Positions 37,092 through 49,739 are shown, counted from the stretch's first letter. The stretch is DNA of 64,000 bases from Octopus sinensis (GCF_006345805.1 NC_043000.1:84444001-84508000); one strand, 5' to 3'. Notes: generated from the sequence alone by a model not told the origin. A program made the numbers and translations.

Positions 37092-37475
37092 ATTTAGGAA
37101 TGGTCGAAAACAAAAACAAAAACAAAAAACAAATTACACGAACATATATATAAACAGGTGATACAAATATTACAGGCACTTCCCCCCACACACACACTAA
37201 CTAAACATAGACACACATAGAGGTATACGCATGCGCAAATGAAGACACATACAATAGGAATACAAAATACAAAAGGAGAGACACACAAATAAGAAAGAAG
37301 AAAGCGAAGGACCACTGGTGAGGTCACAGGAGTGTGACGAAAGAACTCTGGCCGAAATAAGATTAAGATTAATGTAAAAAATTAATAACGCTGAAGCAAA
37401 GTAACACCAAATATATAGTGCGTGTGTTTTTATTGGCTAAACTGGCTAAATGACCATTCCTAAATACAACAATAT
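37082..37475. mobile_element. 394-bp element with perfect 24-bp terminal inverted repeats (MITE or PLE tail with inversion)
   Basis: ATATTGTTGTATTTAGGAATGGTC (37082-37105) and GACCATTCCTAAATACAACAATAT (37452-37475). Confidence 0.75.
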
Positions 37476-37599
37476 CTGTTTCAACACACGATTTCACATC
37501 AGAAATCTTGCAAAACAAATCGGTGGTGCCCCAGCATGGCCGCGGCCTTCGGGCTAAAACATTTTTAAGGATTTAAGGATTTATACATATAAACATAAT

Positions 37600-37810
37600 C
37601 TTGTATTCTTTTTTCTTTTATTTTTTTAGTCATTTGACTGCGGCCATACAGGAGCACTACCTTTGGTCGAGCCAATCGACCCCAGGACTTATTTTTTGTA
37701 ATCTAGTACTAATTCTATCAGGTTGTTTTGTTGAACCACTAAGTTACGGAGACGTAAACACACCAGCATCAGTTGTCAAGCGATGTTGGGGGACAAACAC
37801 AGACACACAA

Positions 37811-37859
<49 letters not shown>

Positions 37860-37860
37860 T
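37600..37860 (-). mobile_element. SINE family A, 3' half
   Basis: CATTTGACTGCGGCCAT..GGAGCAC..TCGAGCCAATCGACCCCAGGACTTATT..GCATCAGTTGTCAAGCGATGTTGGGGGACAAACAC followed by (CA)n. Confidence 0.85.
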
Positions 37861-37885
37861 ATAAATATATATATGACCGGTTAAT

Positions 37886-38134
37886 ATGATGTCTCCGAAG
37901 AAATCGTGTAAATACTGTTGTATATGCAGCAATTATAGGGGGAAGAATGTAGACGGCAAAGTTTCTTCACTTCATAGATATTCTGTAAACGTCGCTATTC
38001 ATCGTATTTGGCTTCAGAGATCGAGACCTGTGAGGAAAAACTTTGTTTACACTGCAAATAGTCAGATTTGCTCCCAGCGTTTCGTCGATTCTAATGGACC
38101 ATCGATAGATCACACCTTACCATCCGTTTATTAG
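37886..38134 (+). pseudogene. THAP zinc-finger domain (N-terminus of a deleted transposase)
   Basis: CCICSNY..LHRY..W...RKNF..ICSQRF..P-SVY matches the C2CH THAP pattern with the last His changed to Arg; no DDE domain follows. Confidence 0.75.
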
Positions 38135-38299
38135 ACAAACTTCAGAGATATATGTATATGACTGTGCATTTGTGTTTGATAAACATGATAGGGATTTTTT
38201 AAAATATTCAAAATTAAGTCTCATTTATTTATTGTTTTAATTATACATTTATTTACATCCATAGAAAATATAATTTATTATACAAGGGAAAAAATCAAA

Positions 38300-38869
38300 A
38301 TAACTAAACAGGCTCTTTCCCTGCTGTGCAGCTGCAATCAGTTGAATACACATTGCCCGTGACCTTTGATACCCAGTCATCAGGATTGTTCTTTTTGTTA
38401 GATGTTGGGTATTGACGGGATTACCAGACACCGGACAATGCAGTGAGTGCAGTTTTCGGTAACATCGTGATACTTAATCTTATGGCTGCGTCTGTCATGG
38501 TAAAATGTGTCACTCCTTAACTGTCGCTTTACTTTCATCCGTAGCACGAGGTAATCGTCATTATCCGTAAATTTCGGCAACTTATGAAGATCTTTAGTCC
38601 AATCTGATTTCAGCACATTAGGATCAGGTAAAACTTCACCGAGAGGAGATAAGTTTTTGTTTATTCCGATCTGAAGTATACTTCTCGTCTGCTGATTTTA
38701 ATTCATTGACGTTCTTTATGGAAAGAATTTTAATACCTTTTAACCTTTCAACCAAATCCGCCTTTTTCCCAGTAACATACTGTCCATGTAATCGCAAATA
38801 ATTCTTTAATTCGAGCTGCTTAATATTCATATGACATGGCACACAACAACAATGGCGTGGGTAATCCAC
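38300..38869 (-). pseudogene. SAP + SWIM zinc-finger remnant (N-terminus of an ISL2EU/YqaJ-type second ORF)
   Basis: LKNYLRLHGQYVTGKKADLVERL (SAP); EVLPDPNVLKSDWTKDLHKLP; manual frame WVSKVTGNVYSTDCSCTAG (SWIM). Confidence 0.7.
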
Positions 38870-38929
38870 GGAAGTAGAATTGTCTGGATTGAGAGTCGCC
38901 TAACCAAGGGAGATAATCTACTTATCGGA

Positions 38930-39022
38930 ATATATTTTGCCCACGGTGTCAATGCGTGGCACCGAACCCGGAATCATGTGATTGGTAAGCAAGCTACTTA
39001 CCACACAGCCACACCTGCGCCT
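38930..39022 (-). mobile_element. SINE family A, 5' head
   Basis: Reverse complement GGCGCAGGTGTGGCTGTGTGGTAAGTAGCTTGCTTACCAATCACATGATTCCGGGTTCGG. Confidence 0.85.
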
Positions 39023-39044
39023 ATGTATGTATGTATGTATGTAA

Positions 39045-39820
39045 ATCCCCCCAAAACAACGAAAAACAAACACAAGAAAAAAACAACAACGCGAGGACGT
39101 GGTACATGCAAAGTATTAGCAGACGCTCAGGGAAGGAAAGAGAGGTAGTTTTACGTTTCGAGCAAACTCTTCGTCAGAAACTGTAGACGGAGGAAAGTTC
39201 AAGAGGAAAGGAAGAAGGAGGAAAAAAATCACCAACGATCCACATGTGCTTACATTTTGAAATGACCGGAAGGGAATGGGTGAAGAAAAAGTTTTTTGTA
39301 AGACAGCAGAGTGTAAGAGAAGGAGTATTTATCTGTATGTGTGGATATGTGCGTGTGTATGCATGTGTGTTGTGTGTTGTGTGTGGTGTTTGTGTTGTTT
39401 TGGCTGTTTATATGTGCATGTGTGAGTGAACTTTGTGTCTCTTAATGTAGTATTCAGCAGCATGGTAACAGGAGTGGTGGTCTTTTGTGTCGTCTGTCTC
39501 TTCACATGTGCGTAGAGGAATGGTCAATAGAAAGGTGTTTGACTGGCAGTTTGAAGTATGTGTGCGCGTGTGTATGCATGTTTGTACGTGTATGTATATG
39601 TTGTGTACGTGTGTTTTGTGTGGTGGTGTGCATGCGTCTGTGTGTGCATGTGTGTGCGTATGTGTGCGTATGTGTTTGTGTGTGTGAGTATGCGTGTGTG
39701 TGCATGGATTTGTGTGTGTGGTGCTTGTGTATATGTGTGTGTGCGTGTGTGCGCGTGTGTATGTGTGCATGTCTGCGCGTGTGTATAGACACATAGACAC
39801 ACAGATAGATAGGTAGATAG
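39045..39820 (-). mobile_element. ORF-less, CA-rich element carrying a hammerhead (non-autonomous PLE/retrozyme-like), copy A
   Basis: Aligns by eye, in inverted orientation, to 44170-44648 (e.g. CCCATTCCCTTCCGGTCATT, CTGAGCGTC, CCACGTCCTCGCGTTGTTGT, CATACTTCAAACT.CCAGT). Confidence 0.75.
39147..39182 (-). ncRNA. Minimal type-I hammerhead ribozyme motif, intact core
   Basis: AGUUU-CUGACGA-A-GAGU(UU)GCUC-GAAA-CGU-A-AAACU. Confidence 0.8.
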
Positions 39821-39988
39821 ATAGATAGGTAGATAGATAGATAGATAGATAGATAGAGATATTTGTGCGTAGGTCTGTATCATGCATATCTACAAATGCA
39901 TGTGTGCGCACGCATGCATACATACATAGATACATGCATATATATATATGTGTGTGTGTATGTATGTATATATATATTATATATATAT

Positions 39989-40074
<86 letters not shown>

Positions 40075-40082
<8 letters not shown>

Positions 40083-40808
40083 TCGGACAAGAACACAAAA
40101 CATCCTGACAGTTAGGTGATACAAAAAAAGGACAAGAAAACATCAAGAAAGACGATGCAAAGGAAACAAGGTTGGGTGATTCGGAGTTTTCTTTCCTCAG
40201 TCGAGTTCCAGATTATCTTTGCAATTTCGGCTGGTTATACAGGAGATTGCTCCCATCTGGCCAGCCCCAAGAAAAAACTAAGCTAAGAGCATTCGATTCC
40301 TTGGAAGAAAGCAGCGATTGTATAAGAAAACAAGGACGGAAAAAAACGGAGAATGTTACACAAATACAAATAACAGGACATAACAACAGGTGTCTTTCGA
40401 CTAAGGACGAATTAAATTAAGCTAGCGTGTGTGGAAATCAAGCCTTATGGCAGTGATACAAGATTTCACAGGCACAGAGAGGAATATAGATGATGCACAG
40501 ACGATGGCCGAACCAAGAAAAATCAGGGTTGACCGAACACCGGTCACGTGGTGAGAGAAGAGTGAGAGGTAGAGGCAGAGGGACAGAAGAATTAAGGAGG
40601 GGCGAAAAAAATGACCGGGACATAGTGAAGTGAAAAGAGGAGGGAAAGACAATCTGGAACTCGACTGAGGAAAGAAAACTCCGAATGACCCTTTCTTGTT
40701 TTCTTTGTATCGTCTATCTGGTTGTTTTATAGTGTTTGCAACATCTATATTCCTCCCTGTGTCTGTAAAACCTAGTATTCCTGCAGTAAGGCTTTAATTT
40801 CCACACAG

Positions 40809-40811
<3 letters not shown>
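40075..40811. mobile_element. Repeat relic with permuted inverted repeats (PLE-tail-like or DIRS-like architecture)
   Basis: 40137-40220 inverted at 40645-40728, and 40425-40499 inverted at 40733-40811. Confidence 0.6.
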
Positions 40812-40899
<88 letters not shown>

Positions 40900-40910
40900 A
40901 TATATATTTA

Positions 40911-41320
40911 GGCGCAGGAGTGGCTGTGTGGTAAGTAGCTTGTTTACCAACCACATGGTTCCGGGTTCAGTCCCACTGCGTGGCACCTTGGGCAAGTGTC
41001 TTCTACTATAACCGCGGGCCGACCAAAGCCTTGTGAGTGGATTTGGTAGACGGAAACTGAAAGAAGCCCGTCGTATATATGTAATATATGTATATGTGCG
41101 TGTGTGTTTGTGTGTCTGTGTTTGTCCCCCTAGTATTGCTTGACAACCGATGCTGGTGTGATTATGTCCCCGTCACCAGCGGTTCGGCAAAAGAAACCAA
41201 TAGAATAAGTACTGGGCTTACAAAGAATAAGTCCCGGGGTTGAGTTGCTCGATCAAAGGCGGTGCTCCAGCATGGCCGCAGTCAAATGACTGAAACAAGT
41301 AAAAAGAGTAAAAAAAAGAG
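40911..41320 (+). mobile_element. SINE family A, full length
   Basis: GGCGCAGGAGTGGCTGTGTGGTAAG..CCGGGTTCAGTCCCACTGCG..GGCGGTGCTCCAGCATGGCCGCAGTCAAATGACTGAAAC. Confidence 0.9.
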
Positions 41321-41362
41321 TGTATGTATATATATATATATATATATAAGTTGAGTGTAGAA

Positions 41363-41604
41363 AAGAGTATAAAATACTTTTTATACACAGAGGAGACCTT
41401 GAACAGGGCTCCTTACATGCCTAAAATGGCAGTTAAAACCCAAACCACGAAAAAGAAATTCATGAGGCATGCTGTTATAACACCTGACCGAACAAAAAAA
41501 AAAGTAATGAATAAGTAAATCCCGAACTCAAATACCCTTTTAGGCATGTAAGGAGCCCTATCAAGGGTCTCCTCTCTGTGTATAAAAATATTTTATACAC
41601 TCTT
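41363..41604. mobile_element. ~240-bp MITE-like element with ~62-bp imperfect inverted repeats
   Basis: AAGAGTATAAAATACTTTTTATACACAGAGGAGACCTTG..AGGGCTCCTTACATGCCTAAA (41363-41425) is mirrored at 41538-41604. Confidence 0.75.
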
Positions 41605-41741
41605 ATATTTTTAAAAATATGTTAAATCTTATGACTTTTATTTATGCATACTAACTACTGGTAATAAATTATTTTAATTTATTAGCCTCATATTTACGAT
41701 AGTTATATGTATATACTGATATAGTTAGACAGACAGACAGC

Positions 41742-41802
<61 letters not shown>

Positions 41803-41803
41803 T

Positions 41804-41887
<84 letters not shown>

Positions 41888-42384
41888 GTGCACAGAGAAA
41901 GATGAAGAGAGAAAAGGAAGAGAGAATAAATCAGAAAGAGAGAGAGGGGGAGGGAGGGAGAGAGACTAGATAACAGAGAAGGAAATTTAAAATCACGAAA
42001 CTATGATAGCTGGAGCTTCTACCTGAAATGGTAAAATTACAAGAAAAAGATGTGTGTTTGGTGGCAACGATTGTTGAAGAGGAAGCAGTTTTAAGGTACT
42101 TTAAGCAGGCGACATACTGAGATGCAATATTTCGCCTTAATGACATTTCAGATGCCTTAAGACATGACATTAATCACGAATCAATGTTTTTAGTCAACTG
42201 AATTTGATACCGTGACCACCTCGAGGCATTTGCTACAATAACAAGTTTCATGAAAATGATAATAATATTGATATCGATCAGGATTATTATCATCATTATC
42301 AATGATTACTGTGATTTGTTGTGGAAATGAATCCTCGCTTATATCTTGATTGTGTTTACATATGCAGATTTAGAATTTATACAG

Positions 42385-42915
42385 CCATCTTATATATACT
42401 ATTTAGCATTGCCCTGTTATATACACATGCTTATTGTTAGTATAACCATCTTATATTCCCCTTCTTTTGGTTAGTATAGCCGTGTTATGTAAGCACTGCT
42501 AAGTATCGTTATGTTATATGTACATGTTTAACATATATAGTACTGTTATCTTATATACAATCTTTAGTATTGCCATGTTATATACACAGTCTTACGATTT
42601 ATATAGCTACCTTATATACATCAATTTAGTGTTGCCATGTTGTATAAACATACTTATGATTGGCTTAGCCATCTTATATACATATGCCTTTAGTTCGTAT
42701 AGTAGTGTTATATACACTGCGAAGTATCGCTATGTTATATGCACATGCTTATGTAGATAAATTATTGCCTTCTTATATACACTTTTTAGTAGCGTCATGT
42801 TATATACCAGATTATCATTAGCATCGCCATCGTGTATATATATCGTTGTGCTTAGTATCGGTGTGTTATATACACATGCTGAATAACAGCATGTGATATA
42901 CACGTGTTTATGTTT
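42385..42915. repeat. Old degenerate minisatellite (GCCAT[C/G]TTATATACAC-type core, ~30-35 bp period)
   Basis: Recurrent GCCATCTTATATA / GCCATGTTATATACAC / TTTAGTATTGCC variants. Confidence 0.7.
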
Positions 42916-43459
42916 ATTATGGCGATATTATGCAATACAGTGATGAACCCTAATTAGCATAACCAGTGAATGTAGGGGTCTGATTAGTCTTTTAAGACTA
43001 TTTTTATTTGTTTGTCTGGCATGAACGCGTATTTGTATGTGTGCTTGCGTGTTTATATGTGGAAGGAGCAAATATATCATTTTCTGGTCTTTCTAGGGAA
43101 CTATATCATGCGCAGCTGTGACAACGATAAAACGCCTCTTGCAGTATGTGTTCAGAGATTTTGCCACCCACGTTGACACATTATATCATAACATTTTTCG
43201 TTGAATGTTTTGCCTTTCTCGGTTACGGCTCACTATGATATGAACGACGCATACTAAGCGATGTTATAAAACCAAGCGATGCTTGTGTTTGAAGCTTTAT
43301 GATCAAAGGTCATGTACCGAACCAATCTCACTTTCTGAAGAAAGCTTGCAGTCGCCCAAAACCAAGAACTACTCTACATCATTGAATGCAAACCAAGCTG
43401 CAGGTGTTACACCAGAGTTTTCTTTCTCCAATAAAATGGTCGGAAATTCTGGCCTAGAT

Positions 43460-44170
43460 CCACGCATACACACACGCGCGCGCACATACACACATGCACA
43501 CACGCACATACACACACACGCACATACATACGCACATACTACACGCACACACACATATACACACGTACATACACACACACACACCAGCACAGGTTCGCAC
43601 ATATACCTCCAACAAACAATACTCATACAAACACGCACACAATTATACACACATGGGCACAGACACACACGCACATACACGCACACACGCACGCACATGA
43701 CGCCTACACAAACTCCACAAACCCCCCACACACGCATACACAAACTCACATACACACCTATACATATACGCACACGTATACACATATAGACACAGACACA
43801 CACACGCACACACAAACATGCGCACACATACGCACGCACACACGCACACGAATGCATACACCTAACACTCACAAGCCCACGGATACACGTATATACACCC
43901 ACATACGCATACCGCACACACATACACACGCACACATACACACACAAGTACACGCACGTACATACACACACAAATAAACCCACACATACCTCCCATACAC
44001 ACAGCACACACTCATACATACACACACACAATTATACATACATGTATACACACATACGCGCATACAAGCACACACGCACACATACACAAAGTGAAGCATA
44101 GTTATTCCCCACACACACAACCACTACGCATACATACACGAACACACACACACTACAAACAACACACGCA
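43460..44170. repeat. Cryptic (CA)-rich simple repeat, contiguous with hammerhead element copy B
   Basis: Direct reading; the His/Thr and Cys/Val ORFs here are artefacts. Confidence 0.85.
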
Positions 44171-44648
44171 CACAAAACACACACACACATACTTCAAACT
44201 ACCAGTACCTTTCACTGACCATTCTTCCATGCACATGGTAGACAAAAGAGCCACTCCTACTTCATTCTTCCTTGACCTTAAACGATACTAAGCACAACCA
44301 CACACACACGTGCTATCATTACACACATACACACACACACACAGACCTGCGCGCAGGCACATATCCACACTTACACACACATACCTCCTTCTCTTGCACT
44401 CTCCTGTCTTTGAAAGAACTTTTCTTCACCCATTCCCTTCCGGTCATTCAAAATGTGACCGCTTGTGTACCATTGGCGATTTTTTTCGTCCGTCTTCCCT
44501 TCTTTGGATCTTTCCTTTTCCTATGTTTCTGACGAAGAGCTCAGCTCGAAACGTTAAACCCTCCTTCTTTCCTTCTTTCCTGAGCGTCCAATAATACTAT
44601 ACTTGTTCCACGTCCTCGCGTTGTTGTGTTTTTATGTTTGGATTAACT
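44170..44648 (+). mobile_element. ORF-less hammerhead-bearing element, copy B
   Basis: Homologous to 39045-39560 (inverted); same post-ribozyme motif TTTCCTGAGCG as the Penelope tail at about 12905-12925. Confidence 0.75.
44525..44559 (+). ncRNA. Minimal type-I hammerhead ribozyme motif, intact core
   Basis: GUUU-CUGACGA-A-GAGC(UCA)GCUC-GAAA-CGU-U-AAAC. Confidence 0.8.
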
Positions 44649-44721
44649 ATGTATGTATGTATGTATGTATGTATGTATGTATGTATGTATGTATGTATGT
44701 TGTATGTATGTATGTATGTAT

Positions 44722-45755
44722 ATGGTGTGTTCCAGAAATATTTACCCATGTTTAAAACTCTTCCTAAAGAATATCGGTTCAGGTAATATTATCTACATTT
44801 TACATAAAGATTTGCATTTATCTTTTGTTCATGTGTCTATTGTTTCGTCCGTCTATAACGTGACACTTTGAAAACATCTGGAGTGAGCAACAAAGACATA
44901 ATAAAGCAGTAGGATGTGTGCCGTAAAACAGTGTTGAATACCTGGAAACGATATATGGAGTCTGCTACCACCTCTACCAAATCAATTCCTAGTAGGAAAT
45001 GATCAATTCATACCAAACTATTGAAGCTGTGAAGAAGTGAATGAACCGAAATCCCTAAGAGAGTGCAGGAAAAATCTGCAAAGCTCTTGATATTTCAAAA
45101 TTGTCAATGCACAGGGTTTTTAAAGGGGGTTTAAAACTAGCTGCATACAAGAAACAATCCCGGCAATTAATTTCAGAAGCTTCCATGAAGCTTGACGTGG
45201 TTAAAACCATGTTAGCTGAGATAAGCGCGCCGCTAACAAAGTGTTGAGCTGGTCCGACGAGATCGTCACCGTGGTGTACATTTACCAATAGGCCGATGAT
45301 AGGTTTCATGTACCTACTGCAGGTGACTTACCCGAAGGTAGCAGGAGTAATTTACATCATCAGAAGCCAGCTACAGTCATGCTGTGGACCGCAGTTGCAT
45401 CTGATGTGACTATGCCTTCCTCAAGTTCAGACATCAATCCCATAAACTTTGCTATCTGGTCCATCTTCGAGAGTAATGTTTCTGCTCGCCCCTATTCAAA
45501 TGTATCAGATCTGAAGAAAGCCCTTCTGTGTTCATGGGTCAAGACGGATGAAGAGGTCGTACGGTGCCCATGCAATTCAACGATCACTCGTTTGCAGGTT
45601 ATGATCAAGGCAAAAGGTGATCATTCTGAAATGTAATTGCTGGAATAGATTGTCAATTTACTCTAGAACGTTTGAGCCAAATTTCATAATCCTACCTTAA
45701 GTTTATTTTGAATAATTAAGAAATATCAATGGGTAAATCTTCCTGGGACACCCTG
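44722..45755 (+). mobile_element. Internally deleted Tc1/mariner-type transposon
   Basis: Imperfect TIRs GGTGTGTTCCAGAAATATTTACCC / GGGTAAATCTTCCTGGGACACCCTG; ORF 45379 SSDINPINFAIWSIFESNV..RLQVMIKAKGDHSE is a typical transposase C-terminus. Confidence 0.7.
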
Positions 45756-45765
45756 TAAACCTGTA

Positions 45766-45830
<65 letters not shown>

Positions 45831-45884
45831 TTCTTTCTCTCTCTCTCTCTTTCTATGTGTATATATTTAAATATATATATATAG

Positions 45885-45952
<68 letters not shown>

Positions 45953-46504
45953 CCTGATTTGTAAATAAACGTTATAAATTATAAATTCCCTATTGCTTTC
46001 CTTTCATTTTTTTTTCTTTCTTTCTCTTATTTCCTTCTTTTGATAAACATTAGATTCTCTTCTCTTCCTTTCATTGGCGTATATATTTTCATTGTACACA
46101 TTTTAGCCTTATAATCTTATTGAGTCTTTTTAAATTTACTTATACATATGCATATGCGTGTGTATATAGACTGGTTGCTCGTTTTATCCCTACAGCAAGG
46201 AAGACAATCGTCTTGTCGGAAATCCTCAGCACTTTTTCATTAGTAGAGTGGAAGAAAAAATTTTATATTATCCTTCTGCATTTATTTACTTCGTTTTACG
46301 TCTTTTTCTATCGGCAGTGCGTTTCCTTACTGCTACTGGCAAACAAATTCTACCCATAAGATGTTGGGCTACCTGTGGTTATGGTAGGAGAGATTTAAAT
46401 AAGATGGAATGTTGCATATTGAAAGACACATATTTGTCATATGAAATTCTTACACACTCAGCCATGTCTGCGAGTGTGCAGGTGCGTGCGTGTATGTGTG
46501 TGTG

Positions 46505-46582
<78 letters not shown>

Positions 46583-47989
46583 ACAACTAGTTACTAATAC
46601 AATTCCACTCCAGATATTGACCAGGAGTCAGAAGCATGGCCAAACATTTTTCCACGTCATAATACACAGTACTGCTTTGAAACATGTGATAAATGATTGT
46701 TACAGGTTCTCTGTGATTTTAAATGATTAAAATAATCTTTCCACGGTGTCACTGCTTCAGTTTCAACACACCGTCTCCAGGTGGAATAGTAACCTGACAA
46801 AACAAATATAGGTCTGCATTATACACACACACGTATACGCGCGCGCGTACACACGCACACGCAAGTACACGCGCGCACACAAACAAATGTGTGTGTGCGT
46901 ATGTGTGTGTGTGTATTCTTTTATTGAAATCTAAAGTTTCACGCTGTGACTACTCACAGTTTTCCGTTACTATCACATTCCTCAAGGCAAACGTGATAGT
47001 GAAGAATCAGCCTCGACTATATGAATAAAGTCTACTACATGTTTCAGTACATTCTTCTATCGTTTGTACAACTAAACATTTATGCATGTACGTATGTATG
47101 TATGTATGTATGTATGTATGTATGTATGTATGTATGTATGTATGTATGTATGTATGTATGTATGTACGTATGTATGTATGTATGTATCTGTGTATGCGTG
47201 TATATGTATGTGTATGTATATACATGTACACGTATGAATATGTCTATGTATATATATATAAATATATATATGTGTGTGTGTACGTATGTATGTGTGTATA
47301 CAGACACACATATATGTGTGTGCATGCGTCTATGTATATATATATATATATACAAACATATATGTGTGTGTGTGTACGTATGTACTTATGTATGTATGTA
47401 CCTATGTATGTGCGTGTATACATACATATATATATATATATATCGTATATGTACATGCACCTATGTATGTATGTGTGTATATACTATCTGGTGTATGTAT
47501 GTATGTATGTATGTATGTATGTACGTATGTATGTGACTGCATTCTCGCAGTAAGTATGCAGCGGTGTACCAGAAAATAAATACTTGTATCAACTTACAGC
47601 AGTGGGTAACACCTGACTGAAATAATATTCGAAATACGGGTGTCTTCATGAATGTAGAAACATCTGTGTCGAAACTCAAAGCATGTATTTTCTATATAAA
47701 AGAAAATACCAAAGCTGTGTTAATAACACTTCTAAAAGCTATGTTGTGAACACTTATTTTCACTTGATAATCGTGAACGAGACTGCGTAGAGTTGACCAT
47801 GAGAAAAACACGTCTGAAGGTTGAATCTACAACTTCGTTACATTAGCCTTGAGTTTTCTCAGATATCACAAAACAGAGCCTGACACGATATTTAAATTAA
47901 CTGGAAGGCGGAAGACCTGTTGTAATTAAAGGAAGTATTGTATTGAGCATTCTTACTACCTTGAAATGTCCCAAAGTCACTGTTGTTAC

Positions 47990-48321
<332 letters not shown>

Positions 48322-49739
48322 ACATTTGACAGTTTCACGCAGATTTCTACTGCATCACCTGTTAGACCTCCGTGTTGTTGGGGTGTGTACAACATTGTGC
48401 GTTCCTATTTGTTGTTAGGGGAGTGCAAGCTCTTCCTGCCACTTTATAAATTATTTTATCATCATCATCATCATCATCATCATTAGCATTATCGTCATCG
48501 TTATTATTATTGCTGTTGCTGTTCTTGCTGTTCTTGCTAAGTTACATTTGGTAACTTTAATGACTTCGCTACAATCTTTGTGCCTTGAAGGAATGAGGCT
48601 ACATTAAACGTTAATTAGAAAATATGGCTTTAGCAACTCATTGTGACGGACCTTCGAGCGAGGTCCTGCATGGTTTCATAGTCCGATAGAAATAGAAGCT
48701 ATATCCACTGAAATACACCAATCAACATTAAAAAATACAAAGGACACATTCGACCGTGGAGTTGTAGATGTGCATAAATACGGAATGGTCACGACTGGAA
48801 CGCTATTGATCACTTGTTTTCTCAAAAAGACCCGACCTGGGGCTCAACAATCACCATTGATTTCATTGGTCCCAATAATCCTACTATGAGATGACATATG
48901 TTTTTAAAACTGAATTCATGAACTCCTCTGTATATTGAACCTCTTAATCAATATATTAAAGCTGTATCTATAAGCTTGAATGACGGTACAGATCCAGATA
49001 GAAGATGGAGATTTATGATTTGATTGATGATTTTTCTTAATTTTATCGCTTGGGTGCAAGTTTTGATCTTTCCTGCAACCACTTAACACCATGAAAGTGT
49101 TACGCTCTGCTAGAGAAAACTTTGACTTTAAAATCTTTCATGAAACTCATACTTGGAATTCAATAGATTATTGCTGTTACAGATAGTCAAATGGTTATTG
49201 GCACCCTTAGAAGATGATACATCATTAGCATATTCATCCGCAGATTAATATGTGGTCCAATAAAAGATGATTTCAGGCTGACATTCAATATATCAAATTT
49301 CATTTCTCTTCAGAAAACTACTAAAGTCAATCAAAATCATAGGACAACCACACTGCCACAACATTAGTTAAAAGAGTAGAATGAGAAGAAGCTGGTGATG
49401 ATATGCTTCGTTGAACCTTAACTGACAAGTTCGAATTCCATGGAGAAACGGAAACCGTTTGTATCGGCTTGAAACGGTGTCTTGCATGACATTGTACTTC
49501 CATCCAAAATGCCGCCCCCTTGACACCCAGGCCACATTCCTAGTGCCCCCATCCCAACTAATCATCACACACATGGTCCTCTTTCTGAAGCAAATTCAAA
49601 GCAACTGTATTTCACAAATAAAACTTAACCTAACAAATCCATTATTTTGTTGTTTTTACATGAATCACCATCCCATTACTGCCCCAATTTTTACATGAAT
49701 CACTACCTCATTACAGCCCCAATTTTCTTCAACTACTCC

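Noticed and set aside
40655-40690. Hammerhead at CTGAGGAAAGAAAACTCCGAATGACC (and its inverse at about 40175-40200)
   Set aside because: CUGAGGA is present, but stem II does not pair and GAAA is replaced by GAAU, and no stem I or III could be built.
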